A DNA stretch of 64,000 nucleotides. Origin: Candidatus Latescibacterota bacterium (GTDB lineage Bacteria > Latescibacterota > UBA2968 > UBA8231). The notes below the pieces were generated by a model. The model was not told the DNA's origin, ran no database searches, and was given only the letters and a program-made list of their open reading frames with translations. The stretch spans positions 1,916,936-1,980,935 of the forward strand of contig CBDCNM010000002.1 of assembly GCA_965219385.1 (NCBI GenBank). Reading direction: 5' to 3'. The position numbers and the translations under genes were made by a program. This document shows positions 46,721-56,626 of the stretch, piece by piece (positions within the stretch are counted from its first letter, which is position 1; every line of letters starts with the position of its first letter).

Positions 46721-46841
46721 ACAAGGTCCTGCCGCACACGGCCGCCCTCAACCGCCTTGCTGGATCACCACCTGGAGTGGGCCAGCGACGCACTCTGAGA
46801 CGGGCTAGGCCAGCCCCAGCTCCACGTACTCAGGAAGCCCC

Positions 46842-49800
46842 CTACTCGGCCTTCAAGGCCGGCAACAAAGGCGCCCGCAAGGCCCAGAAGACGGCCACCG
46901 CACTCGCCGCCACGCCCACGAGAATCACCAGGACCAGAGTGCCCAGCAACGAGAGCCAGGGCACCGCAACCCCCGGAGCCGCCAGGTGCGGCGCCACCGC
47001 GATCAGCGCGGCGAGGCTGCCCACCAGACTGCCTACCAGCAGGAGAAAACCGTTTTCCGCCAGCATCATCAGCCCCAGAGTCGAGCGCCGAAAACCACAC
47101 GCCCGCAGGGTCGCCAGCTCGCCGCTGCGCTCGGCCGCGTTGCGCAGCAGGACAATCCCCAGCCCCACCGTGCCCAGCAGCAGACCCAGCCCGCCCAGGG
47201 TCTGAAAGGTGGACAGATAGGTGTTTTCGACCGCCCGGTACGCCGTCAGTTTGGCGCTGGTGGAGGTGGCGTCGAAACCGTATTCGTCCAGGGTCTTTTC
47301 CAGCACCGAGGCAACAGGGTCCGCCTCCTCTTCCGCGGTTTCCACCAGGAAATACCCGTAGCCGCTGCGGCCGGGAAAGTGGCGGGTGAAGTGCGCCTCC
47401 GAAATCAACAACTCGCTCTGAAAGAGCGACCCCTGCAAAAGCCCCACCAGCCGCAGCCGCACCTCCCTGCCGGCCTCATCCTGGAGGACCAGTTCGTCCC
47501 CCAGGCCCAGGTGCAGAATCCACCACACCGAGTTGTAGTCCCCGATGGCCGGGATCGCGCCGGGCTCCAGCTCCCGTTGCAGCAGCAGCCAGGGGTTGGC
47601 GCGCTCTTCGGGGTTGGCGGCCTGGGTCTGCTGGAAGCGGAATCCGCCCCGCTGGATCAACTCGTCCGGCACCCCCAGGAGGCCGGGTCGTTGCGGCTGG
47701 TAGAGGTTGAGGCAGCTGACGTCCTCGCCCGGCAGGACCCTGAACTGCACGATCCGGACCCTTTCCAGGATGGCGGCGGCGGCGGCCCCGAACCCCAGCT
47801 CGAAGCGCCCCTTCGGCGCGTTCAGGTCCTGGTGCAGGTGGACATCCGCAGCGGCCATCAGCGCGAACCCCCCGGTCCCGGAGTGTTTGTCCAGGGCCTC
47901 GCCGTCCCCGCCCCTGCGGTTGGCCCCCACGGCCACGATCACAAAGCAGGCGCAGCCCACCAAGGCAACACAGAGCAGGCTGCGACCCGGGTGGCGCGCC
48001 GCGTTCCACAGGCCCAGACGGGCGCGGGCGCAAGCAGCGCCCGCCGGACGGCGCCGCCGTCCGGCCCGCAGCCACATTGAAAAAAACCCCAGCCCCCCCA
48101 CTAGCAGGAGCGCCCCGCTGAGAAAAAACAGTCCGGCCGCAGAGGAGGTCCCGGCCATCAGGGCCACAAGGATCGACCCCACCCCCAGACTCGCTCCGCC
48201 CAGGGCGACCATCCGCGCCTTTGGTCCGGACCTTCTTCCCTCCTGGACCGCCACCCCGGCAAGCAGCGCGCGCACCGGCATCCGGCCGCACTGTCGCACG
48301 GTCCGGCCGATCGCAAACAGGACCACCAGCAGGGAGAGGACATACCCCAGAATCAGGCTCAGCGGGCCGACGTGCAGGCTCAGAAAAGGGGTACCCACGG
48401 CCGCCAGCCACCAGGTGCGCAGCCCGGCCAGCAACAGCCAGGCGTAGAGCAAGCCCCCCCCCAGTCCCAGGAGACCGCCGGCGCCGGCCAGCACCATCCC
48501 CTCCCGCAAAAACCGCTTTCGCACCGCGGTCAGGGGATAACCCGTGGCCAGCAAGACCCCTATTTCGCCAGCTCGCTGCTCCACCCCCAGCCGGAACAGC
48601 AGGCCCACCAGCAGGGCCGCGGCCCCGATCAGAAAGAAACTGAAGCCTGTGAAGAGCATGCTGAAGTCGGTGGCGCCCGCGGCCGCGTTCAGGGCCTGGG
48701 CTTTGACGGGCTGGAACGCCAGGCCCACCTGGGCGGGGCGGATCTTTTTCAACAGGCGCTCCTCAAAGCCGGCACGGGTGACCGGCGCGTCTTTGTCCGG
48801 ATCCACGCCGATGCGGACGGCGGTGGTCCGGCCGTGCCGGCTGCTCCACAGCCGCTGCCCTGTCTGGTAGGAAACAAACCCCTTGGGCGCGGCCTCGAAC
48901 ACATCCCAGTAGGCCTCGTCCGCAGGGCGAATCAACTGCAAATCCACCGGAAACGGAGCGTCCCAGACGGCCATGTCGTCGGCGTCCTGCAGCCCTGGGA
49001 AGGCCGGCGTCAGCTGCGGATCGGCCCCCAGGCCTTTGAGCGGGACGATCCCCCGCAAGCGCAATAAAGCCCTCTGGGTCGACAACTCCTCGCGCGGCCC
49101 TACCACAAAGTAGCTCAACTCGATCTCGTCCCCGACCTGAGCCTTCAGATCCTCGGCGGCCCACTGGTTGAGCAGGATCTCGCCGTCCTCCAGCCGCGGC
49201 GCCGGCATTCCATCCTGCAGCTCGAGCGCCTCCAATCCCGGGGTGGGATCGAGCGCGGCCACGGTCGAATAGGGCACTATACCTTCCCCGGCCTTGATGG
49301 TATTGGCCAGGTAGGTCAGAACCGGCTGGGCCGCAGCCCCGCTCTCCGCGGCCAGGGCCGTGGCCGCCCGGACCTCCTCCGGGCCCAGCACGAACCCGGC
49401 GCTTTCCAGGGCAAAGTACCCGGCGCCCTTTTCCAGCCTCAGCCCCAGATCCTCCAGACGCCAGACCCGGCGCAACACCTCCTGCAGGGCCGCCGCCGGG
49501 TCGGCTCCCGGGCCCTGGCCGGCCACCAGCACCGCATTTACATTCTGCTTCTGCCCCAGGGCTTTTTGCAGCACCTTCAGCGGCACAAAGGCGTTGAGCG
49601 GCAGACTCTGGTGCGGGTGCAGGCCGAAGCGGCCCGGCCCGCGGTCGGGCACCACCTGCGATAGAGTGAAGCGCAGGGTCGAAACGATAGCGGCGGATTG
49701 GCGGCTGCCAAAGGCAAAACCGGAGTTGATCGCTCGCGGCCGCTCCAGGGAAAGCAGGATGGGATCGCCGATGGTCGCCTCCAGCTCCCTCTGCAGGGCC

Positions 49801-50228
49801 TGGTTGACCACCAGGGGCGGGAAGAGCTGTCCCGGCTTCTTCTCCAGCCCGGCCCCCAGCCCGGCGTGCTCCCGGGGAAACAGCTCCACGAAACCCTGGT
49901 TGATCCCCTGCACCTGGACCCGGGAGGCGCGCGCCTGAGTCGTGGCGTGGGTAGCGGCGCCGCGCAGCACAATCGCCGGGACCGCGGCGGTAAAGGCGCC
50001 GGCAAACCCGGGATCGTCCTTCAGGTCCTGGACCATTTCCGCGCGGAAGAATCGCTCCGCCACCAGGGCGTGATCGATCCGCCCCAGCCGCTCCAGGGCC
50101 AGATCCCGCAGGCTGCCGCGCACCGAGTCCCCCACCAGCAGCGCCCCGGTGAGCACGGCCGTGGCCACCCCGGCGCCGAGCAGCACCGCCAGGTGAATCC
50201 GCCGGAAGTGGATCAGACTTCGACGCAC
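46842..50228 (-). CDS. Large duplicated FtsX-like ABC permease (1128 aa)
   Basis: ALLVGDSVRGSL; two FtsX modules (QRAGEIGVLLATG; ERSGELATLRACG). Confidence 0.88.
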   Translation of the reverse strand: MRRSLIHFRRIHLAVLLGAGVATAVLTGALLVGDSVRGSLRDLALERLGRIDHALVAERFFRAEMVQDLKDDPGFAGAFTAAVPAIVLRGAATHATTQARASRVQVQGINQGFVELFPREHAGLGAGLEKKPGQLFPPLVVNQALQRELEATIGDPILLSLERPRAINSGFAFGSRQSAAIVSTLRFTLSQVVPDRGPGRFGLHPHQSLPLNAFVPLKVLQKALGQKQNVNAVLVAGQGPGADPAAALQEVLRRVWRLEDLGLRLEKGAGYFALESAGFVLGPEEVRAATALAAESGAAAQPVLTYLANTIKAGEGIVPYSTVAALDPTPGLEALELQDGMPAPRLEDGEILLNQWAAEDLKAQVGDEIELSYFVVGPREELSTQRALLRLRGIVPLKGLGADPQLTPAFPGLQDADDMAVWDAPFPVDLQLIRPADEAYWDVFEAAPKGFVSYQTGQRLWSSRHGRTTAVRIGVDPDKDAPVTRAGFEERLLKKIRPAQVGLAFQPVKAQALNAAAGATDFSMLFTGFSFFLIGAAALLVGLLFRLGVEQRAGEIGVLLATGYPLTAVRKRFLREGMVLAGAGGLLGLGGGLLYAWLLLAGLRTWWLAAVGTPFLSLHVGPLSLILGYVLSLLVVLFAIGRTVRQCGRMPVRALLAGVAVQEGRRSGPKARMVALGGASLGVGSILVALMAGTSSAAGLFFLSGALLLVGGLGFFSMWLRAGRRRRPAGAACARARLGLWNAARHPGRSLLCVALVGCACFVIVAVGANRRGGDGEALDKHSGTGGFALMAAADVHLHQDLNAPKGRFELGFGAAAAAILERVRIVQFRVLPGEDVSCLNLYQPQRPGLLGVPDELIQRGGFRFQQTQAANPEERANPWLLLQRELEPGAIPAIGDYNSVWWILHLGLGDELVLQDEAGREVRLRLVGLLQGSLFQSELLISEAHFTRHFPGRSGYGYFLVETAEEEADPVASVLEKTLDEYGFDATSTSAKLTAYRAVENTYLSTFQTLGGLGLLLGTVGLGIVLLRNAAERSGELATLRACGFRRSTLGLMMLAENGFLLLVGSLVGSLAALIAVAPHLAAPGVAVPWLSLLGTLVLVILVGVAASAVAVFWALRAPLLPALKAE

Positions 50229-50902
50229 GCGCCTTCCTTCAATTCGAAGCGACGTTCAAAGCGGGCGGCCAGGTCCAGGCTGTGGGTCACCGCGATCAGG
50301 ATATTGTGGCGAGCCCGGTGCAACTCGAAAAGCAGCGCCGCGACCTCGTCCGCGGTGGTGTGGTCGAGATTGCCCGTGGGTTCGTCGCACAGCAGCAGGT
50401 CCGGTCCGTTGATCAGGGCGCGGGCCACGGCCACGCGCTGGCGCTCGCCGCCGGAGAGCTGGGCCGGGAAGTGGTCGAGCCGGTCTTCCAGCCCCACCCC
50501 CCTGAGCAACTCCAGGGCCCGTTCCCGCAGGTCCTCGTTTTTGTTCTTGAACGCCAGGGTGGGCAGCAGCGCGTTCTCCAGCACCGAGTACTGCGGCAGG
50601 AGGTGGTGGTCCTGGAAGACAAAACCGATCCGCTGGTTGCGGAACAGGGCCAGTTCGGGCTCGGGCAGGGCAAAAGGATCCTGGCCATTGATCTGGATCC
50701 GGCCCGCCGAGGGGCGGTCCAGGGTGCCGATCAGGTGCAGCAGGGTGCTCTTGCCCGAGCCCGAAGGGCCGGTGATGGCCAGGGACTGTCCCTCGGTCAT
50801 GGCAAAGGAGATGGCGCCGAGGACATCCACGGCGCCGGGCCCGTCCCCAAAGCTTTTGGAGACCTGGGCAACCTCGAGCGCAATCGAGTCGGAGAGAGCC
50901 AT
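50213..50902 (-). CDS. LolD-like ABC ATP-binding protein
   Basis: GPSGSGKST, LSGGERQR, CDEPTGNLD. Confidence 0.92.
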   Translation of the reverse strand: MALSDSIALEVAQVSKSFGDGPGAVDVLGAISFAMTEGQSLAITGPSGSGKSTLLHLIGTLDRPSAGRIQINGQDPFALPEPELALFRNQRIGFVFQDHHLLPQYSVLENALLPTLAFKNKNEDLRERALELLRGVGLEDRLDHFPAQLSGGERQRVAVARALINGPDLLLCDEPTGNLDHTTADEVAALLFELHRARHNILIAVTHSLDLAARFERRFELKEGACVEV

Positions 50903-50990
50903 GTTTCCCGGTCTGTATGGAAAGGGATCGGAAGCTTTTAACTAGAACTCAATCTCCGCCGTGTGTCAAGCAGGATGGGCGTTGCACAGT

Positions 50991-52946
50991 TTACCCCTCG
51001 CTATCAATGCGCTCGAACGCCTCGGAGATTTCGAGCCAGCGCTGTTCGAAATCATCCAGCCTGGCGCGCAGCTCAGCGTGACGCCTCAACCAGTTCGGAA
51101 ACTCCGGATCCTGGGGGCTTTCCGGCAGACAGAGCTTTTCGCCGAGCGCGTTGATCTCTTCGCTGCACCGTTTGAGATTGAGCTCGGCTTGTTCCAGTTG
51201 CTGGCGCAGAACCTTTAGCTTATTAGAGCGCTGCTGGCGCCTTTCGGCCTCGAGACGTTTTTGTTGGCTGCGTTTCTTGCCCGTCGGAGCTTTCGCTCTG
51301 GGTTTACCATGCAGGGGTTCACCGGCGAGCTCTTCGCCACTCCGACGTGCCAGCCAGTCGCTGTAGTTGCCGTGGTGCAGTACAGCCTCCCCCGGTTGGA
51401 TTTCCATAATATAATCGACCAGGGAATCGAGAAAATCGCGGTTGTGCGAGACCGCCAGCAAGGTCCCCTCATAGGTTGCCAGCCCGCGCGTCAGGGCATC
51501 GCACGCTTCCAGATCCAGATGGCTCGTCGGCTCGTCCAGTAAAAGCAAGCCTGGATTCGACAGGAGAATCCGGGTCAGACTGACCCGTGCCTTTTCACCC
51601 CCCGACAGCACTTCGATCCTCTTGTCCAGATCCGTTGCCGACAGGCCCAGACAGGCGGCTAGGGTCCGCACCTCGGTCGCAAGCTTGCCCGAGCTCTGGG
51701 CGCTGAGGTAATCCAGGGTTATGGCGCTGCCCGGCAGCTCCTCCATGCGGTGCTGTGCAAAGAAACCCACTGTGACCCGGTCGTTGCGCTGCAGCTGCCC
51801 GGCGAGCAGGGGTAGCTCGGCCGCGCACCCCTTTAGAAAGGTCGATTTGCCGACCCCGTTGACGCCGACGATACCGATCTTTTTACCCCTTTCTACAACG
51901 CAACTCGAAAGCTCGAAAAGAGGCTGGTCTTTATTGTAGCCAAATATTGCATTCTCAAATTCCAGGACCCTGCGAGGTAGCCGTTGCTCGAGATCGAGAC
52001 GGAAACTGGCAGGCCGTCTGGACACCACGGGCATCGACTCTTTGAGCTCGGCGGTTTGCTTTTGATAATGGTCGGCGGTCTTCAGACGGTTTTGCGCTTG
52101 TCTGGCCTTGGTCGCCTTGGCTCGAAAGCGCCGAACAAAGTCTTGCAGGCGATCCATCTCTTTTTGCTTGTTGGCGATGGTCGCTTCGAGTTGCTTTATC
52201 CTGTGGTCCTTGAGTTGCTCGTAGTGTTTCAAGGATCCGGGCCACAAGGTGAGCCGTGGCGGCGCGAATTCGAGAATATTATTCGCCAGCCTCTGGACGA
52301 GACGACGATCGTGGCTGATGAGCATGAAGGTGTGGGGATAGTGCTGGAGAAACTCTTCAAACCATTTTACCGACTCTATATCGAGGTGGTTGGTAGGTTC
52401 GTCCAAAAGCAACAGATCGGCCTGTTGCAGCAATAGGCCGGCCAGATGACAGCGAATCCGCCAGCCGCCGCTCAACTGGGTTGCCGGCCGATCAAATTGG
52501 CCGGCCTTAAAACCCAACCCAGTCAGAAGCTCCCGGGCGCTTTGTTCGACGGAGTGGCCTCCCAGGAAGGTAAACTGATTCTCGGCCTCGTGGTATTGTT
52601 CTAGATACTTTTCATCTGCTGACTGGGCCAGCTGTTTTTCCAGGTGGTGCAAGCTCTGTCGCGCCCTGTACCACGGCCCGAATTCACGTAGCGTCGCTTC
52701 GAGGACGGTGTCGCCCTTGGAGGGTAGCCACTCCTGGCGCAGCTGAGCCATGCGGTAGTTCTTCGGCGTCCTGATCTCACCCTCGTCGGGCTGCTCGTCG
52801 CCGATGAGCAGGCGAAAAAAGGTCGATTTGCCGGTGCCGTTGGGGCCGACCAGGCCAATGCGCTCGCCGCTGCCGATGGCAAAGCTGGCGTTTCTAAACA
52901 GAACCTGGGGCCCGTAGCCCTTGGAAATGTTGTCGATGGTAAGCAT
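50991..52946 (-). CDS. ABC-F family ATPase
   Basis: Two NBDs (GPNGTGKST/LSGGW; GVNGVGKST/LSGGE), RFRAKATKARQAQ linker, C-terminal coiled coil. Confidence 0.92.
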   Translation of the reverse strand: MLTIDNISKGYGPQVLFRNASFAIGSGERIGLVGPNGTGKSTFFRLLIGDEQPDEGEIRTPKNYRMAQLRQEWLPSKGDTVLEATLREFGPWYRARQSLHHLEKQLAQSADEKYLEQYHEAENQFTFLGGHSVEQSARELLTGLGFKAGQFDRPATQLSGGWRIRCHLAGLLLQQADLLLLDEPTNHLDIESVKWFEEFLQHYPHTFMLISHDRRLVQRLANNILEFAPPRLTLWPGSLKHYEQLKDHRIKQLEATIANKQKEMDRLQDFVRRFRAKATKARQAQNRLKTADHYQKQTAELKESMPVVSRRPASFRLDLEQRLPRRVLEFENAIFGYNKDQPLFELSSCVVERGKKIGIVGVNGVGKSTFLKGCAAELPLLAGQLQRNDRVTVGFFAQHRMEELPGSAITLDYLSAQSSGKLATEVRTLAACLGLSATDLDKRIEVLSGGEKARVSLTRILLSNPGLLLLDEPTSHLDLEACDALTRGLATYEGTLLAVSHNRDFLDSLVDYIMEIQPGEAVLHHGNYSDWLARRSGEELAGEPLHGKPRAKAPTGKKRSQQKRLEAERRQQRSNKLKVLRQQLEQAELNLKRCSEEINALGEKLCLPESPQDPEFPNWLRRHAELRARLDDFEQRWLEISEAFERIDSEG

Positions 52947-53060
52947 CTCTCCACTCGGCTCGCGCCCCGTAAAAAGCTTCTACCGTTTTTGTTTGATCTC
53001 GAGCGGGAGTAACCATCCTTGCAGGACGCATGAAAACGAGACATCTTTTATAGAATTAGC

Positions 53061-53119
53061 TAAGAAGCCGTCTTAAAATTCCGGGCTCGGGGCGCCGGGG
53101 GTTTGGAGACGGTTTCTAA
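53061..53119. repeat. Small hairpin/mini-MITE flanked by TAA
   Basis: TAA-GAAGCCGTCT...AGACGGTTTC-TAA; half copy TAAGACGGCTTCTAA at ~59848. Confidence 0.45.
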
Positions 53120-53169
53120 TATACAGACTCGCCGTCTGGTCCACCAGAGCTGAAAACCTGAGGTTCGAG

Positions 53170-53946
53170 ATGAGATTAAAAGAAAAGGTAGCCATCGTTA
53201 CCGGAGCCGCTTCCGGCATCGGCCGGGCCACGGTGGAAAAGTTCATCGAGGAAGGCGCCCGCGTCGTGGCCGCCGATGTCAACCACAGCGCCCTGAAAAG
53301 CCTGGCCGGGGACCTGGGCGGCGCAAGTGCCCAAGTAGAAACCACCACCGGCGATGTGTGCCACCGCCCTGATACAGAACGCATCGTCCAGGGCGCCGTG
53401 GATTGTTTCGGCCGGCTCGATATCCTGGTGAACTCGGCGGGCATTACCCCGCGCACAGTGGATCCGGAGGCGGATTTTGCCGCCCGCTGGGACGCCGTCA
53501 TCCAGACCAACGTCAAAGGCACCTTGCTGATGTGCCACGCCACGGTCGAGGCCATGCGGCGCGGCAACAACGGCGGAGCCATCGTAAACATGGGCTCGAT
53601 CATGAGCCTGGTCGGCTACCCGACCTTCCTGCCCTTCTCGGACGGCTTCAACGCCTACCCGGCCAGCAAAGGGGCCGTGGTGCAGCTGACCCGCGATATG
53701 GGCATCCGGCTGGCTCGCGAGGGAATCCGGGTGAACGCGGTTTGCCCGGGCTTCGTCTACACTGCCCTGACCGAGAACGTGACCGGCGACCCCGAGGTAC
53801 ACGAGATGATGCAAAACCTGCACCCGATCGGCCGCATGGGGCAACCTGAAGAAATAGCCAATGTGATCGCCTTCCTGGCCTCGGACGAAGCCGCGTTCGT
53901 CGTCGCAGCCGCCTGGCCGGTCGACGGCGGCTACACGGCGGAATAG
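53170..53946 (+). CDS. SDR family oxidoreductase
   Basis: TGAASGIG, NSAG, YPASK, VNAVCPG, VDGGY. Confidence 0.92.
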   Translation: MRLKEKVAIVTGAASGIGRATVEKFIEEGARVVAADVNHSALKSLAGDLGGASAQVETTTGDVCHRPDTERIVQGAVDCFGRLDILVNSAGITPRTVDPEADFAARWDAVIQTNVKGTLLMCHATVEAMRRGNNGGAIVNMGSIMSLVGYPTFLPFSDGFNAYPASKGAVVQLTRDMGIRLAREGIRVNAVCPGFVYTALTENVTGDPEVHEMMQNLHPIGRMGQPEEIANVIAFLASDEAAFVVAAAWPVDGGYTAE

Positions 53947-53971
53947 GACGTACGTGTGCGCGTCCCGGATC

Positions 53972-54002
53972 TTGACATTCCCTTACTGTTTTAGTTTATT
54001 CT
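53972..54002 (+). promoter_or_regulatory. Putative sigma70 promoter
   Basis: TTGACA at 53972-53977 with an AT-rich -10 region (TTTATTCT) 17-19 nt downstream. Confidence 0.45.
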
Positions 54003-54127
54003 GAACCAAGTGCTCTAAGGGAGCCCTCAGTCCGCGGTAAGGGTCAAACCCACCTCCCTGTCCTGACATATCTGCCTTCTTTCAGCCTGTATACGCGGAC
54101 ACCAGGCGTTAACGAGAGAGGGTCACT

Positions 54128-54193
54128 ATGTCCAAGATACTTCTTCGCAAGCCCCATATAGATTCGCTCAAACGGTACCCGCTGCGGTTGTAG
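54128..54193 (+). CDS. Putative 21-aa small or leader peptide MSKILLRKPHIDSLKRYPLRL
   Basis: GAGAGAGGG RBS-like sequence, ATG, double stop TAGTAA. Confidence 0.3.
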   Translation: MSKILLRKPHIDSLKRYPLRL

Positions 54194-54521
54194 TAAGCTC
54201 CCCTTTCACATTGGCTTTTTTGACCATGTACGAACGCTTGCAAAAACCAGAGGGGCCTTGAGGCTTTGAGGACCTTTAGCCAAGGCGCATGCTTTCGTGA
54301 ACCAGACGCTTCAAAATGAACGATCTCCTTTGACTATTTCTGGCAAGGACGAGGAGACGGGCGGTTCCCGCGATCTGATCTCCATGTACCTGACGGAGTT
54401 TTATGCGTTGTACGGTTCGATGACGGACCATCGGTACTGACCGCTGGATCTCAAGCCTCGCACGGCCGGCCGCCGATTTCGTCAAGCACGAAAATGACAA
54501 AAGGGGGAGACTGCAACAACC

Positions 54522-55406
54522 ATGACATCCACTGAAACCGCTCTGGCTTTCGAGCTGACGCCCGAGCAGAAGTACCACTTCGATATCAAGGGTTACTTCG
54601 TGCTCGAGCAGCACTACGATGAAGAGGCCCTCAAAGAGTTTCACGCCGGCATTGACGAACTCCAGGCCATCCCCATCGAGTACGAGACCTACAAGAAGCT
54701 CGGCATAGCCAGCTATTACCTGGCCGCGGCCATGGCGGATTCGGACCACCCGTTCTGGAAGGGCGAACACCGCCAGGATCGGCGGCTCAATCCCAAAACC
54801 GGGGGCGTGGGTAGGGTGGACCACGCCCTGTGCGGCACCAGCAGGTTCGACCGCATCGTGCGCGACCCGATTCTCAAGGGCATCCATACCGAGCTGGCCG
54901 GCGGCCCCATCTATTTGTCAGCCACCTATTACATCGAAAAGGTGGGACCCTGTACCGGCGGTGGCCTCCACAACGGCGGATACCCCTTGAACCGGGATGT
55001 GTGTTACGACTACGACCACACCAACCAGCGCTTCCTGTGCACCTCCACCAAGAGCGTGGTGATCCTCTCGGACATGACCCGGATTGAAAACGGTCCATTC
55101 GCGGCGATTCCCGGCAGCCACAAGGCCAACTTCGCCTGCCCCTACGATATGGCCGATGCCAGCAAGAACCCCATGGCCGTGCCGGTGCTGGCGGCGCCGG
55201 GCGATGTGATCATCTTCTCCGAAGGGATGACCCACAATGCCTATCCGGTGACGAACCAGTCGATCCGCCGGTCCCTCTTCTTCAACTACATGCCATCCAT
55301 CCGACCGAACAATCTGCCCTACCAGCGCATGTCCATATACCCCGAGCACGTGCTGGAACGGCTGAGCGATCAGGTCGATATCCTCACCACTCCTGGATAC
55401 ATTTGA
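54522..55406 (+). CDS. Phytanoyl-CoA dioxygenase (PhyH) family protein
   Basis: KYHFDIKGYFVL, LHNGG, IPGSHKANF, PGDVIIFSEGMTH, RRSLF. Confidence 0.88.
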   Translation: MTSTETALAFELTPEQKYHFDIKGYFVLEQHYDEEALKEFHAGIDELQAIPIEYETYKKLGIASYYLAAAMADSDHPFWKGEHRQDRRLNPKTGGVGRVDHALCGTSRFDRIVRDPILKGIHTELAGGPIYLSATYYIEKVGPCTGGGLHNGGYPLNRDVCYDYDHTNQRFLCTSTKSVVILSDMTRIENGPFAAIPGSHKANFACPYDMADASKNPMAVPVLAAPGDVIIFSEGMTHNAYPVTNQSIRRSLFFNYMPSIRPNNLPYQRMSIYPEHVLERLSDQVDILTTPGYI

Positions 55407-55572
55407 CGGGCGGAGGGCCGGGTGACGCCCGCCTGAACGAGACGAAATTCATCCGGATGACCCTCCCTGCTGCCGCGCCGGCTCGCAGCCCGCCCTGCCG
55501 GCAAGATCCCTCCCGGCCTTGAGGTCCAAATGGTACGGGTATTTCGCGAAGCACTGAGTACAGCTCCTCGGC

Positions 55573-56364
55573 CTACCGGCGCCGCACGTGCGGCGCCTCC
55601 ATCACTGCCCGCTCCTCCTCGGCCATGTCCTCGATGTAGTCGGGATACGAAATCTCGTGCGCCCCCCCGCCGTAGGCCTGGAATCCCGGACTGAACTTGT
55701 AGAGCACGGCCCGCCGTTCGTGCTTGCCCTTCCACGGCAGGGTGCCGTGCGTCAAGGTCTCGGTGAAGAGCACCACATCGCCCGCCCTGGCGTTTACTTC
55801 GAGCACGTGTTCCTGGTACTGCTCCCACAGTTTCATACTCTGCGGGCAGGCCAGATTGGCCTTGTGGCTGCCCGGTATCACCGCCACCCCGCCGTCGCCC
55901 GGCCCCTCGTCCGCCAGTATGTACTCGGCCACGGTCAGGCCGGTGAAAATGCGGCCGCTTTTGAAAAAGTACGCCTCCGAAAGATTCTGGCGCTCCACCC
56001 CGCCGCCGTGCAGGGTACCCCCCTCGCAATCCTCGTCCATGGCGATCAGGCCCGGGCCGTGGTCGAGGCGGTAGCCCTCGCCCAGAATCTCCTCGAGATA
56101 GGGTTTGACCCTGGGGTGCACCAGCAACTCGCGGAAGGGCTCGCACCAGGGCCGCTCCCAGGCCAGCATATTCCCCAGGTCTTTGCGCCGCGACGTACCC
56201 GCCAGGGTCTTGGAGTCCCCGGCCAGTGAGCGATCTATGGGGCTCATCTGATCTTTGTGGTGGTCGATGCCCTGGTTGAGGTGCGCAACCTCCTCCTCGG
56301 TCAACACGTCCTTCAGGACCAGGTAGCCCGTCAGGTCAAAGAGGTATTTTTCGTCTTCGTTCAT
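55573..56364 (-). CDS. Phytanoyl-CoA dioxygenase (PhyH) family protein
   Basis: KYLFDLTGYLVL, LHGGG, IPGSHKAN, GDVVLFTETLTHG, RRAVLYKF. Confidence 0.88.
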   Translation of the reverse strand: MNEDEKYLFDLTGYLVLKDVLTEEEVAHLNQGIDHHKDQMSPIDRSLAGDSKTLAGTSRRKDLGNMLAWERPWCEPFRELLVHPRVKPYLEEILGEGYRLDHGPGLIAMDEDCEGGTLHGGGVERQNLSEAYFFKSGRIFTGLTVAEYILADEGPGDGGVAVIPGSHKANLACPQSMKLWEQYQEHVLEVNARAGDVVLFTETLTHGTLPWKGKHERRAVLYKFSPGFQAYGGGAHEISYPDYIEDMAEEERAVMEAPHVRRR

Positions 56365-56626
56365 GTGGCCATTCCTCTCGATGTTAGGGGTAGGCGCCGT
56401 GGTCCAGGAACCACTCGATTCCTTCGGTCCAGCGGAAATCCACGGCGTGTGGGGTGTCTTGCACAAATCGTAAGAAAAAAGACGCCATCCAGCCACCTTT
56501 TTCCCGCGGCCAAATGCGGCGAGCCCGTCGCCCAAATCCTGGATTTGTATACCCAGCGCGATTATTTGTATACTAAAGCAGGTTCGAATCTTTTAAATCA
56601 GACTCTCCAGCCGAGGAGGTGACATC

